Both the position numbers and the translations under genes were made by a program. The notes under the pieces were generated by a model. That model saw only the letters and a program-made list of their open reading frames with translations, had not been told where the DNA came from and made no database searches. From NCBI GenBank assembly GCA_016181045.1, contig JACPAB010000002.1:1-59125 (forward strand): a stretch of 59,125 nt of DNA, read 5' to 3'. Origin of the DNA: Candidatus Yanofskybacteria bacterium (GTDB lineage: Bacteria > Patescibacteriota > Minisyncoccia > 2-02-FULL-40-12 > GWA2-44-9). Shown one piece after another: positions 1 through 8,098 of the stretch. Positions within the stretch are counted from its first letter, which is position 1. Each line of letters starts with the position of its first letter.

Positions 1-69
1 TGGGAAGATATTTTCTGGAAACGCAAAACTCAACACATTGATTGGCTGGAGAAAGAAATCAGATTATAG
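1..69 (+). CDS. 3' end of an upstream gene (partial, unknown product)
   Basis: Frame 1 is open from the window edge (WEDIFWKRKTQHIDWLEKEIRL*) and stops 7 nt before the next ATG. Confidence 0.45.
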   Translation, partial: WEDIFWKRKTQHIDWLEKEIRL

Positions 70-76
70 TAAAAAT

Positions 77-598
77 ATGAAAGTTTATTTTGCGGCTCAC
101 GCCACAACTAAAGATAATGAGGCAAAGGTTGCTTCTGGCTGGAGTAATACAGGTCTTTCTGATTTAGGTCTAAAGCAAGCAGAAGAACTGGGAGAGACAT
201 TTAAGGATATTAAACTTGATATTGTTTGCTGTTCTGATTTGAAAAGAGCTGTTGATACGGTGCAAATTGCCTTTGAGGGCAAATATCAAGTTATAGCTGA
301 CCAACGATTGCGAGAACTAAATTATGGCGATTTTAACGGCAAGCCGTCTGCAGTGGTTGAGCCGATGAAAACGCAACATATCAAAGAGCTGTTTCCAAAT
401 GGCGAAAGCTACGAGCAAGCTGTTACGCGGGTGCAGGGATTTTATAAAGAACTCAAAGAAAAATATCCCGATAAAATCATTCTCGTTGTTGGACATAGGG
501 CTACTCAATATGGACTTGATGTTATGAGCGGCAAAACTTTGGAAGAATTATTAAACACTCCCTTTAAGTGGCAACCTTATTGGGAGTATAAGATTTAA
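77..598 (+). CDS. Histidine phosphatase (phosphoglycerate mutase-like) family protein
   Basis: AHATT..N (RHGxT variant), SDLKRAVDT, LRELNYGDFNG, GESY, LVVGH motifs; ATG at 77 preferred over TTG at 38. Confidence 0.85.
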   Translation: MKVYFAAHATTKDNEAKVASGWSNTGLSDLGLKQAEELGETFKDIKLDIVCCSDLKRAVDTVQIAFEGKYQVIADQRLRELNYGDFNGKPSAVVEPMKTQHIKELFPNGESYEQAVTRVQGFYKELKEKYPDKIILVVGHRATQYGLDVMSGKTLEELLNTPFKWQPYWEYKI

Positions 599-743
599 GT
601 GATCCCTACCAGTAATTCACGATTTTAAACGGCGAAATGTTGCCGGGAATTTGCCAAATTGCGGCCTGCCCCGTTGGAAGCTTGCTTTCCTGCGGGGTTC
701 TCTTTCGGGGTTTGCGAAGGTTTTAATTCCGGAGCCCGAATTT

Positions 744-771
744 ACAAAATACCACGAAGGTGGTATTTTGT
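744..771. terminator. Hairpin terminator, possibly bidirectional
   Basis: ACAAAATACCAC-GAAG-GTGGTATTTTGT perfect 12-bp stem. Confidence 0.6.
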
Positions 772-800
772 GTTAAGTTTTTTAAATCCAAAGAACCAAA

Positions 801-1073
801 ATGAGGGTTGACGCCCAAGGAAGAGTCAGGGTGAAAGTTGGCGACAGGGTCCGCATTGTAACCGCGAACGGATGTATGGCTCACACTCGGGATAATCCCA
901 GAGAAGGTACGGTTGTGAAAAAATTCAGCCAGAAGTTATATGGCGGAGGCAATGAATTATACGAATATTTTCAGATCAGGTTAGATAGCGGAGAGCTTGT
1001 GGAGAAGCCGGCCAAGTGTCGGTCTTTATTTTACCCTTGCTCGAATTTTATGCTACACTTAAAGAATAATTAA
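801..1073 (+). CDS. Hypothetical protein, possible KOW/SH3-like barrel
   Basis: VKVGDRVRI...EGTVV...FQIRLDSGE pattern; 90 aa. Confidence 0.5.
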   Translation: MRVDAQGRVRVKVGDRVRIVTANGCMAHTRDNPREGTVVKKFSQKLYGGGNELYEYFQIRLDSGELVEKPAKCRSLFYPCSNFMLHLKNN

Positions 1074-1088
1074 TTAAGCAAAATATAT

Positions 1089-2219
1089 ATGGCAAAAAGA
1101 AGAACGGGTATAGGCGGGACCGATAACCGCCGCAGGAGATCACATTCTCATAAAACCAAAAAGAGATTGGAGATAAAGAGGATTAGGTTGGAGGCCTTGG
1201 CTAAAAGAAGAAAACATATTGCAATACTGATTGCGGGAATGGTACTTACTGCCGGATTTGCGGTGGGTTTTGGCATTCCTGTCTTTGCCGGAGATCCGGT
1301 TGAGGGTTTGGATATAACCATTGAGCAGATTCCCGGAGGCCGGGTTTCTATCAAATATTATAACTCTTTACGGTCAAGAAAATCGGCTGGGCTAATAAGG
1401 ATGGAGGTTGGCGACGTCCTTTTACGGTACAGCGTTGGCGGCGCGGACATCAACAAAGTCACGGACGCGCTTGAGGGCAACGGAGTATATGAGGCCGAGC
1501 TTAAATCATTTTTGGTCGCGATCGGAGTAAACGAAGTAGGCGTTCAGGATGTCTTTACAAAGCTTGACGAGCTTGGCATAGACGCTGATTCTTCTACAGA
1601 TCCGCCGTCAGCCGCCGGAGCTGATTCTCCCGAAAAAGAATTTACGACGGGAGGGGCGGTTTCTGCTCCTGTCGCGGGAGACGCATCGCAATCAACCTCA
1701 CAATGGGGATATATAGGTTTAGAGGGAAAAGCGCTTCGAGATAATTTCCGGGAAAATGTAAAAATAACAATAGGCCATGTGGATCACGGAAAGACAGCGC
1801 GCATTGCCCTTGCCCACGGCAAAGGACTGCGCATGCTCAATCGTTTTCGCTCGGCAATGGCCCGGTTTGACCATATTTTAGGCCGTCTGGAATCGCGGAT
1901 TGAAAAAATGAGAATTGAAATTGAAGGTGAAGAGCGAGCAGAAACCGGCCTTCCAAATTATACATTTCCGCCACGCAAAACGGTTATTCTTATTGAGGAA
2001 GCTAAAAATATACAGGTTGAAAACGAGGCCAAGATGAAAGAACTTAAGGCGAAATATGAATCCCTGCTTTTGGGCGAAAATGCGGGGGGAATCGCTGAAG
2101 AAGCACGCGCCATAGCCACGGAGCTTAAAGCAGATATAGAAAACCTCCGCGCCATAATTATTGAGATATATACGCAAGCCGACGATTACAATAGTTCCAG
2201 ATCAAATACCAGCATATAA
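1089..2219 (+). CDS. Membrane-anchored or secreted hypothetical protein with basic N-terminus and C-terminal coiled coil
   Basis: R/K-rich first 43 aa, hydrophobic segment IAILIAGMVLTAGFAVGFGIPVFA, helical C-terminus. Confidence 0.7.
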   Translation: MAKRRTGIGGTDNRRRRSHSHKTKKRLEIKRIRLEALAKRRKHIAILIAGMVLTAGFAVGFGIPVFAGDPVEGLDITIEQIPGGRVSIKYYNSLRSRKSAGLIRMEVGDVLLRYSVGGADINKVTDALEGNGVYEAELKSFLVAIGVNEVGVQDVFTKLDELGIDADSSTDPPSAAGADSPEKEFTTGGAVSAPVAGDASQSTSQWGYIGLEGKALRDNFRENVKITIGHVDHGKTARIALAHGKGLRMLNRFRSAMARFDHILGRLESRIEKMRIEIEGEERAETGLPNYTFPPRKTVILIEEAKNIQVENEAKMKELKAKYESLLLGENAGGIAEEARAIATELKADIENLRAIIIEIYTQADDYNSSRSNTSI

Positions 2220-2221
2220 TC

Positions 2222-2584
2222 ATGACTAATATGAACACTTCAACTTCGTTCAGTGCAAGCAAAAACACACTTATCATTGCAGTCATTATTCTCGTTGTCG
2301 CGGGAGGAGTATTGTTTTTCTTGAATCGCGACCCCTCGTATCAAAAAGAGTCGCTTACGATCGAGCAGGATTTGACGCCGATCGATCTCACTCAAGATGA
2401 GAAACAGGCGCTTCAAGCCGAAGGACTCGCCTTTCCTTCCGGAGGAGACGCGGCCGCGAAAAATTTGCAAACCGTGCGAACTTCCGACGAACTTGACGCT
2501 ATTGAAGCCGACCTCAACGAAACCGATTTATCGGGTCTTGATGCCGAATCTGAAGCAATAGAAAGCGACCTTTCGGGATTATAA
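2222..2584 (+). CDS. Single-pass membrane hypothetical protein with acidic tail
   Basis: TM LIIAVIILVVAGGVLFFL; TSDELDAIEADL...LD acidic C-terminus. Confidence 0.7.
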   Translation: MTNMNTSTSFSASKNTLIIAVIILVVAGGVLFFLNRDPSYQKESLTIEQDLTPIDLTQDEKQALQAEGLAFPSGGDAAAKNLQTVRTSDELDAIEADLNETDLSGLDAESEAIESDLSGL

Positions 2585-2614
2585 CCGGCGCCATTTGCGA
2601 GGGCCTCGGCGCAT

Positions 2615-2878
2615 GTGCTGATTACCGCCGAAACTGCGGGCGGGTCTGGTATTGAACAGAAAATTGGATTCATTGGTGTCTGCGGTACTTTTCGTAAAGA
2701 TGCCGATAGCATTTCATTAACAGAAGAAGACAAAGAAACAGTTCAGATGATGTGCCAAATGGTGCATAATATGCCAAGCGAGTATGGCTGTCTGGGGGTT
2801 GGCGAATCCCCGACAATGTTATGGGATGAGTATTGTGAATTTATGAAAAGAAATAATATCCGCCACAACCTTGATTAA
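2615..2878 (+). CDS. Hypothetical protein (start uncertain)
   Basis: 87-aa ORF co-oriented with neighbours; no recognisable motif. Confidence 0.35.
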   Translation: MLITAETAGGSGIEQKIGFIGVCGTFRKDADSISLTEEDKETVQMMCQMVHNMPSEYGCLGVGESPTMLWDEYCEFMKRNNIRHNLD

Positions 2879-2929
2879 GTCAAGGTTTTTTGTTATTATC
2901 AAGCAACTTGTTCTTAAAATGAGGTCAAA

Positions 2930-3805
2930 GTGAGCGAACGGGTAGAAAGAGCGAGATGTTTTGCAACGAATGCCCATCAAGGTCAGACGCGGTATAACAA
3001 AGCCAAAATGCCATTAGCGGTCCATTTGGAGGAAGTGGCGTCGCTGGTTAAAGAGTCAGGTGGCAGTGAAGTAGAGATCGCGGTGGCGTGGCTTCACGAC
3101 GTTGTTGAAGACACTCCCGTGACGCTCGCCGATATTGTTGAACATTTTGGCGATGAGGTGGCAAATATTGTGGACGGTTTGACCGATCCGCCAGGGTGCG
3201 ATGGTATCATACTTGAATGCAAAGTGGCCCAAGCCCGGCGCGTAAGCACCGAGAGCGATAGCGTCAAGCGCGTAAAGCTTGCTGACCAGATCTCCAACGT
3301 GCGGTTGGTTGCCGTTGACCCGCCGGTCCACTGGGACTCGCAGAAGTGCCTTGACTATGCGAACGGCGCCAAACTGGTCGTTTGGGAATGCAAGGATGCA
3401 AGCGGGCGTCTTTTTGGCCTGTTCTGCCGGGCATATGCTGACGCCATAAAAGCTCATGACACTGGAAAAGCGAAACTTCTGTTCATTTGCACAGCCAATA
3501 CCAACAGAAGCCGTGCGGCGGAGGACTTGTTTGCTGATTCAAGCAGGTACGAAGCTAAGTCAGCAGGGTTCAAAATGCTTGAGTCAAGCGGCCAGGTACT
3601 TACACAAGAATTAATAAATTGGGCTGACAAGATATTTGTTATGGACGAAATCAGCGACCATCATCTCACTCGGTTGCGTTCCGGTTTTGACGTTCAAAAT
3701 AAAGATGTGGTCGTTCTGGATATTCCGGATAGATTTGGCCGGAAAGATAGGAATTTATCAGCGATGTTAAAGCAAAAACTGGTCGGTCACGGTATAGAAG
3801 TTTAA
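2930..3805 (+). CDS. HD-domain (p)ppGpp hydrolase-like (SAH/Mesh1-like) domain fused to a low-molecular-weight protein tyrosine phosphatase-like domain
   Basis: AHQGQTR, WLHDVVEDT, LTD, KLADQISN (RelA/SpoT HD motifs); then FICTANTNRS (CX5R), SAG, WADKIFVM, LDIPD. Confidence 0.85.
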   Translation: MSERVERARCFATNAHQGQTRYNKAKMPLAVHLEEVASLVKESGGSEVEIAVAWLHDVVEDTPVTLADIVEHFGDEVANIVDGLTDPPGCDGIILECKVAQARRVSTESDSVKRVKLADQISNVRLVAVDPPVHWDSQKCLDYANGAKLVVWECKDASGRLFGLFCRAYADAIKAHDTGKAKLLFICTANTNRSRAAEDLFADSSRYEAKSAGFKMLESSGQVLTQELINWADKIFVMDEISDHHLTRLRSGFDVQNKDVVVLDIPDRFGRKDRNLSAMLKQKLVGHGIEV

Positions 3806-3986
3806 TTGTTTACATAGCCGCGTTATACGCGGCTTTTTGTTTTTGACACTAAACTTCTCGGAGCTGCTTTGTATTTTTTGCTCGGTTAGTAATCTTTAAT
3901 TTTGTGGCCCCCTTTGACTTTTTCTTGTTTTGTTGTAAAGTGGTTTCAAGGTTTATAAAATCCTTAACAAGCGAGGGGGGTGGGCG

Positions 3987-4346
3987 ATGAGAGGACTACG
4001 CGATATCAAGACCCATGGCACTCTTGCCAGAAAAGGACGGCTGGTGAGCGTTGCCAGAGATTGGCATCGTATTAATGGGGGAAACGGAACTTCGGAAAAT
4101 CAATCCTGGGATGGAAGCATTGAGCCAATGGTGTTTAAGAAAAATGTCAAGGCGCGGAGATTCTCGAGACCTTCTCAAGATTTATTTCGAGTTCCCGAAC
4201 TGGAGGGGCAGATCCGTGCCACTCTGATCAAACAAGTTCAGGAATCCATTGTTGAAATGGAAATGTTTTCAAGTGAAGGAGTGCCGGGAGCTCTCGCTGA
4301 ACTCCAACGCCTCAAAGCGGAACTTTCCCAACTGGAGAATAGATGA
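3987..4346 (+). CDS. Hypothetical protein
   Basis: 119-aa ORF with upstream TTGACT/TAAAGT promoter-like pair, G-rich RBS and a downstream hairpin. Confidence 0.55.
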   Translation: MRGLRDIKTHGTLARKGRLVSVARDWHRINGGNGTSENQSWDGSIEPMVFKKNVKARRFSRPSQDLFRVPELEGQIRATLIKQVQESIVEMEMFSSEGVPGALAELQRLKAELSQLENR

Positions 4347-4488
4347 AGGGGCTTGTGGTTGCCCCTTCCTTTTTGTATAATAAAAGAATGCCTTTACATT
4401 GTTATAATAATTTAAGATACTTGTTACCAAAGGGTCGTAAGATCCTAGGTCGAAATTTTAATTTATTTATCAATTAATTTAAATCATC

Positions 4489-5271
4489 ATGATTTTTTCA
4501 AAACACAGCATAAAAGCGACAGTTATTCTTGCGTCTGTTCTGTTCGTCGTCGGCGGAACTCTTGTTTACGCGAATCACTCATGGGGTGACTACCATTGGG
4601 CGCGCGCATCCAGCCCGTTCACCCTTAAACTGGGGGATAACGTTTCAAGCGCCTGGGACGCCTATCTTGGCGAAGCATCATCTGACTGGAGCGTCTCTAC
4701 GGTACTTGACACGACGGTTGTTCAAGGCGGCACTAATCCCAAAAACTGCCGGGCCACAAATGGCCGGGTAGAGGTTTGCAGTAGCAAATACGGTTTTAAC
4801 GGGTGGTTGGGTGTCGCTACAATATGGATAAGCGGCAGCCATATTGTCGCGAGTACAGTTAAAGTAAATGACAGTTATTTTAATACCGTCACTTACAATA
4901 CCCCTCCGTGGAGGCGGTTGGTAATATGTCAGGAGGTTGGCCACACGTTCGGTCTTGACCATCAAGACGTGGACTTTTCCAATCCCAATCTCGGCACCTG
5001 TATGGACTACACCGGCAATCCAAGCGGCCCGCCTTCGAATGAACACCCGAACGCGCACGACTACGAGCAACTTGAGGCAATCTATACTCATCTGGATTCA
5101 ACGACAACGGTAAGCCAAGTTGTTTCCAGCCGTTTTGGAAACGGTAATGCGGCAGATGCGGCTGAATGGGGCAAAGAAGTCCGGAAAGATTCAAAAGGAA
5201 AGACCTCGCTATACGTCCGCGATCTCGGAAATGGCGAAAAAATATTCACCTTTGTTATTTGGGCCGATTAA
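4489..5271 (+). CDS. Secreted metzincin-like (matrixin/M10-like) zinc metalloprotease
   Basis: Signal peptide; CQEVGHTFGLDH (HExxHxxGxxH with first H replaced by Q); Met-turn CMDY. Confidence 0.75.
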   Translation: MIFSKHSIKATVILASVLFVVGGTLVYANHSWGDYHWARASSPFTLKLGDNVSSAWDAYLGEASSDWSVSTVLDTTVVQGGTNPKNCRATNGRVEVCSSKYGFNGWLGVATIWISGSHIVASTVKVNDSYFNTVTYNTPPWRRLVICQEVGHTFGLDHQDVDFSNPNLGTCMDYTGNPSGPPSNEHPNAHDYEQLEAIYTHLDSTTTVSQVVSSRFGNGNAADAAEWGKEVRKDSKGKTSLYVRDLGNGEKIFTFVIWAD

Positions 5272-5356
5272 CCCTCGATGTTTTAAAGGATAAGTGCAAA
5301 CAACCCCGATTTATAAAGGGGTTGTTTGTTTTTAAGAATCGCATAAACTTAAAACC

Positions 5357-5851
5357 ATGAGTACTAAGAACATTAAAGCCCTTCTTATTATTGGCATCAT
5401 CGTTGCTGCCGGTGTCGGCGCGGTGTTTTTATTTTTGGGAAATAATGACGGATCCGGCTCCGCCGATGACTCTGCCGGGCTCGTTGTCAGAGAAAACGCG
5501 ATCTATGTCGCGGAACAGCCGCCTTCAAACATTGTGTCAGTTGCAATTGTGCGTCTTGGAAAACCAGGATTTGTGGTAATTCACGAAGATGTAAACGAAG
5601 CGCCCGGGAGGATTTTAGGCGTGAGTGATCTGATCGCGCCCGGCGAGACAAAAGATTCTTTACCGATAACGCTCTCTCGTTCAACATTAGACGGGGAAAC
5701 GATTTATGCCATGCTTCATTTCGATGACGGGGACGGCGTGTTTGACGCGGCAAAGGACAATCCGGTTATTGATCCCATCGCTAATGAGCCGATGATGGCG
5801 ATTGTCGCGATAAGCAAGGATGCAACCGAACCGGATGCCGTGAATCCGTGA
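5357..5851 (+). CDS. Membrane-anchored protein with beta-sandwich extracellular domain
   Basis: N-terminal TM; GFVVIHED...GVS...YAMLHFDDGDGVFD motif. Confidence 0.7.
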   Translation: MSTKNIKALLIIGIIVAAGVGAVFLFLGNNDGSGSADDSAGLVVRENAIYVAEQPPSNIVSVAIVRLGKPGFVVIHEDVNEAPGRILGVSDLIAPGETKDSLPITLSRSTLDGETIYAMLHFDDGDGVFDAAKDNPVIDPIANEPMMAIVAISKDATEPDAVNP

Positions 5852-5923
5852 CGGATGTTTTGTTTGTAATCAACGGCTTATTCGTGCTATCTTCTTGGAA
5901 GCACTTATTAAACGAGGACAACG

Positions 5924-6274
5924 ATGCGTCCTTTTGAAACGTTTTTTGTAGTCGCGCTTCTGCTGTATAGTTTTGTGATCTGGTCGCACCGGATCAAGAA
6001 AAGATTCAGTCCTTGGATGGTGTGGCTGTTCGGGGCTGGCCTTGCTGCCGATGTAAGCGGTACGGTATTTCTTTGCGTGGCAACCGCTTCGGGGTGGACG
6101 TTTTCTGTCCACGCCATTTCGGGCCTCATTTCTCTTCTTATCATGGCTCTGCATTTTATTTGGGCGTTATTATCGATAACGCTTGGCGGAAAATTCGAGG
6201 ACTACTTTAAACGTTTTTCAGTTTTGGCGTGGTTCCTTTGGCTCATTGCGTTTGTCTCCGGTATTCCGCGGTAA
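5924..6274 (+). CDS. Four-TM membrane protein (HsmA/TIGR03987-like)
   Basis: ALLLYS..IW, FGAGLAADVSGT, HAISGLISLLIMALHFIWA, FKRFSVLAWFLWLIAF. Confidence 0.7.
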   Translation: MRPFETFFVVALLLYSFVIWSHRIKKRFSPWMVWLFGAGLAADVSGTVFLCVATASGWTFSVHAISGLISLLIMALHFIWALLSITLGGKFEDYFKRFSVLAWFLWLIAFVSGIPR

Positions 6275-6334
6275 ATAAATTTTCCGGAACAATAAAACCG
6301 CCCTTTGAGGGCGGCCTTATTATTATGGCTACTT

Positions 6335-6592
6335 TTAGGACAAATGCTTGGAGACAAGCTTTGTCATCTCGAACATGCTGACCGTGCTCTGCCCGCCGAA
6401 TACCTTTTTCAAGGCCTCATCGGCGTTGATGTTTCGCTTGTTCGTTTGGTCCTGGAGACCCTTGCTCTTGATGTATACCCAGAGCTTTTTGACCACTTCC
6501 GACCTGGGCATAGGACCCGCGCCGACCACTGCCGCCAACTCCGAACTGACATTCATCGGCTTCATGAAAGCCGAATTCGCTTTTTGCGCCAT
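6335..6592 (-). CDS. Stand-alone SWIB/MDM2 domain protein
   Basis: FMKPMNVSSELAAVVG..MPRSEVVKKLWVYIK..LQD..NKRNINADEALKKVF..MFEMTK. Confidence 0.93.
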   Translation of the reverse strand: MAQKANSAFMKPMNVSSELAAVVGAGPMPRSEVVKKLWVYIKSKGLQDQTNKRNINADEALKKVFGGQSTVSMFEMTKLVSKHLS

Positions 6593-6741
6593 GTTGTTAG
6601 TTATTAGTTTGTTACGGTGAGTATAGCAAGACCCCCAAATTAACGCAAGCTGGTATTTTTCCGGGATTAGTGTATACTACATAGATTAAGAGACGGAGGT
6701 CGGGTTTCTTTATACAACATACAATTAAACTAACAAAAACC

Positions 6742-6942
6742 ATGACTGGAACAGTAAAAAAGAAAGTCGCGGACAGGGCATTCGGATTCATCTCGCGTGA
6801 AGGTGAAACGAAGGACCTTTTCTTCCACAAAGACGACTTGAACGGTGTGACGTTTGAGGAGCTGCAGGAAGGCGACTCGGTTTCATTCGACGTAGTTCAG
6901 GGCGAAAAGGGCCCGGCTGCCAAGAATGTACAGAGAGCTTAA
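6742..6942 (+). CDS. cspA: Cold-shock domain protein
   Basis: TGTVK, FGFI (RNP1), DLFFH (RNP2), GEKGPAAKNV. Confidence 0.93.
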   Translation: MTGTVKKKVADRAFGFISREGETKDLFFHKDDLNGVTFEELQEGDSVSFDVVQGEKGPAAKNVQRA

Positions 6943-7029
6943 AAACTTTCGCAACAAAAAACTACCTCTCAACAAGGTAGTTTTTTGTTATGATAAGCGT
7001 AAGGTTCATTTACAATTCTTGGAGCGGAC

Positions 7030-8037
7030 ATGAAAGAACTGTTGCTTGGGGAAATGGAAAAACTGCAAAGGTCTTCCGGCGCTTTTACCGCGGCGCCAAG
7101 CGGGGACTACCGCGCCTGCTGGCTGCGCGATCACCTTTATTGCGTTTTCGCTTACTTTTATCTGGGCGATTTCGAAAAACTTCAAAAGGGCATCTGGGTT
7201 GTTTTTGACATTTTCCACAAGTACCGCTGGAAGATCGAAAAAGCTATTTGCCAGCCGCCCGGCTCTAACAATGTTCACGAGTTCATCCACTCAAAGTACG
7301 ACCCCGATACCTTCAATGAGATAACAAATGATTGGGGCCACCATCAGCTGGATGCCATAGGCCTTTTGCTTCACATTGTGGCTGACCTGGATTTCAAAAA
7401 TATCCGTGTCATCAGGAACGAAAACGACTCGAAACTGATACAACTTCTGGTTTTTTACCTGCTTTCAGTAAGATTTTGGAAAAATCCGGACAATGGCATG
7501 TGGGAAGAGGGGCTTGACCTTCACAGCTCGTCGATCGGCGCGATTGTCGGCGGCCTTTCTTACATTAACAGACGGCAAATCGTTGTTGTGCCCTCGTCAA
7601 TGATAAATGCCGGCCGGGATGCTTTAAATTTCATTCTCCCCAATGAGTCCCATGGCCGCGAGGTTGATATGGCGCAGCTTTCTTTGGTCTGGCCTTACAA
7701 CATTGTTTCGCGCGATGTTGCCGACACGATCCTTTCGCGCGTCAAGACAAAGCTGGTCCAGCGCCACGGCCTCAACCGCTATTGGGGCGACAACTATTTC
7801 CGCTCCCAGAACGGTGTTTCCGGCGAGTGGCCGATGGGCTTTTTCTGGCTCTCGATCATTTATTCCCAGCGCCATGAGGCGGAAGAGGCGCGGCGTTGGT
7901 TCGAACGAGGCCTTGCGGAAGTGGTTTCCGGCAAACATATTCCGGAGCTGTATAAGAACAACGAGCCGAATAATCACACTCCGCTTGCCTGGGCGCATGC
8001 CTTGGCAATAATTGCTCAAGTAAAAATAGCCGGCTGA
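7030..8037 (+). CDS. Glycoside hydrolase family 15 / phosphorylase-kinase alpha-beta-like protein
   Basis: YRACWLRD, WGHHQLDAIG, DNGMWEE, HSSSIGA, NRYWGDNY, PELY, PLAWAHA. Confidence 0.8.
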   Translation: MKELLLGEMEKLQRSSGAFTAAPSGDYRACWLRDHLYCVFAYFYLGDFEKLQKGIWVVFDIFHKYRWKIEKAICQPPGSNNVHEFIHSKYDPDTFNEITNDWGHHQLDAIGLLLHIVADLDFKNIRVIRNENDSKLIQLLVFYLLSVRFWKNPDNGMWEEGLDLHSSSIGAIVGGLSYINRRQIVVVPSSMINAGRDALNFILPNESHGREVDMAQLSLVWPYNIVSRDVADTILSRVKTKLVQRHGLNRYWGDNYFRSQNGVSGEWPMGFFWLSIIYSQRHEAEEARRWFERGLAEVVSGKHIPELYKNNEPNNHTPLAWAHALAIIAQVKIAG

Positions 8038-8058
8038 ATGCCGGTCTTTTTATTTCTG

Positions 8059-8087
8059 TTGACTTTTTGCTGTTTTAATGCTAAAAT
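8059..8087 (+). promoter_or_regulatory. Sigma70-type promoter with extended -10
   Basis: TTGACT-17 nt-TAAAAT with TG upstream of -10; implies the gene starts at ATG 8099 rather than 8078. Confidence 0.55.
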
Positions 8088-8098
8088 TACTAAGATAT

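Noticed and set aside
1767-1796. tuf gene or pseudogene
   Set aside because: Only the 10-aa G1 peptide matches; no DxxG, NKxD or other EF-Tu sequence.
6305-6607. Plus-strand 100-aa ORF and other antisense ORFs (e.g. 29229-29867, 35479-36195, 8270-8989)
   Set aside because: Shadows of well-supported genes on the opposite strand.
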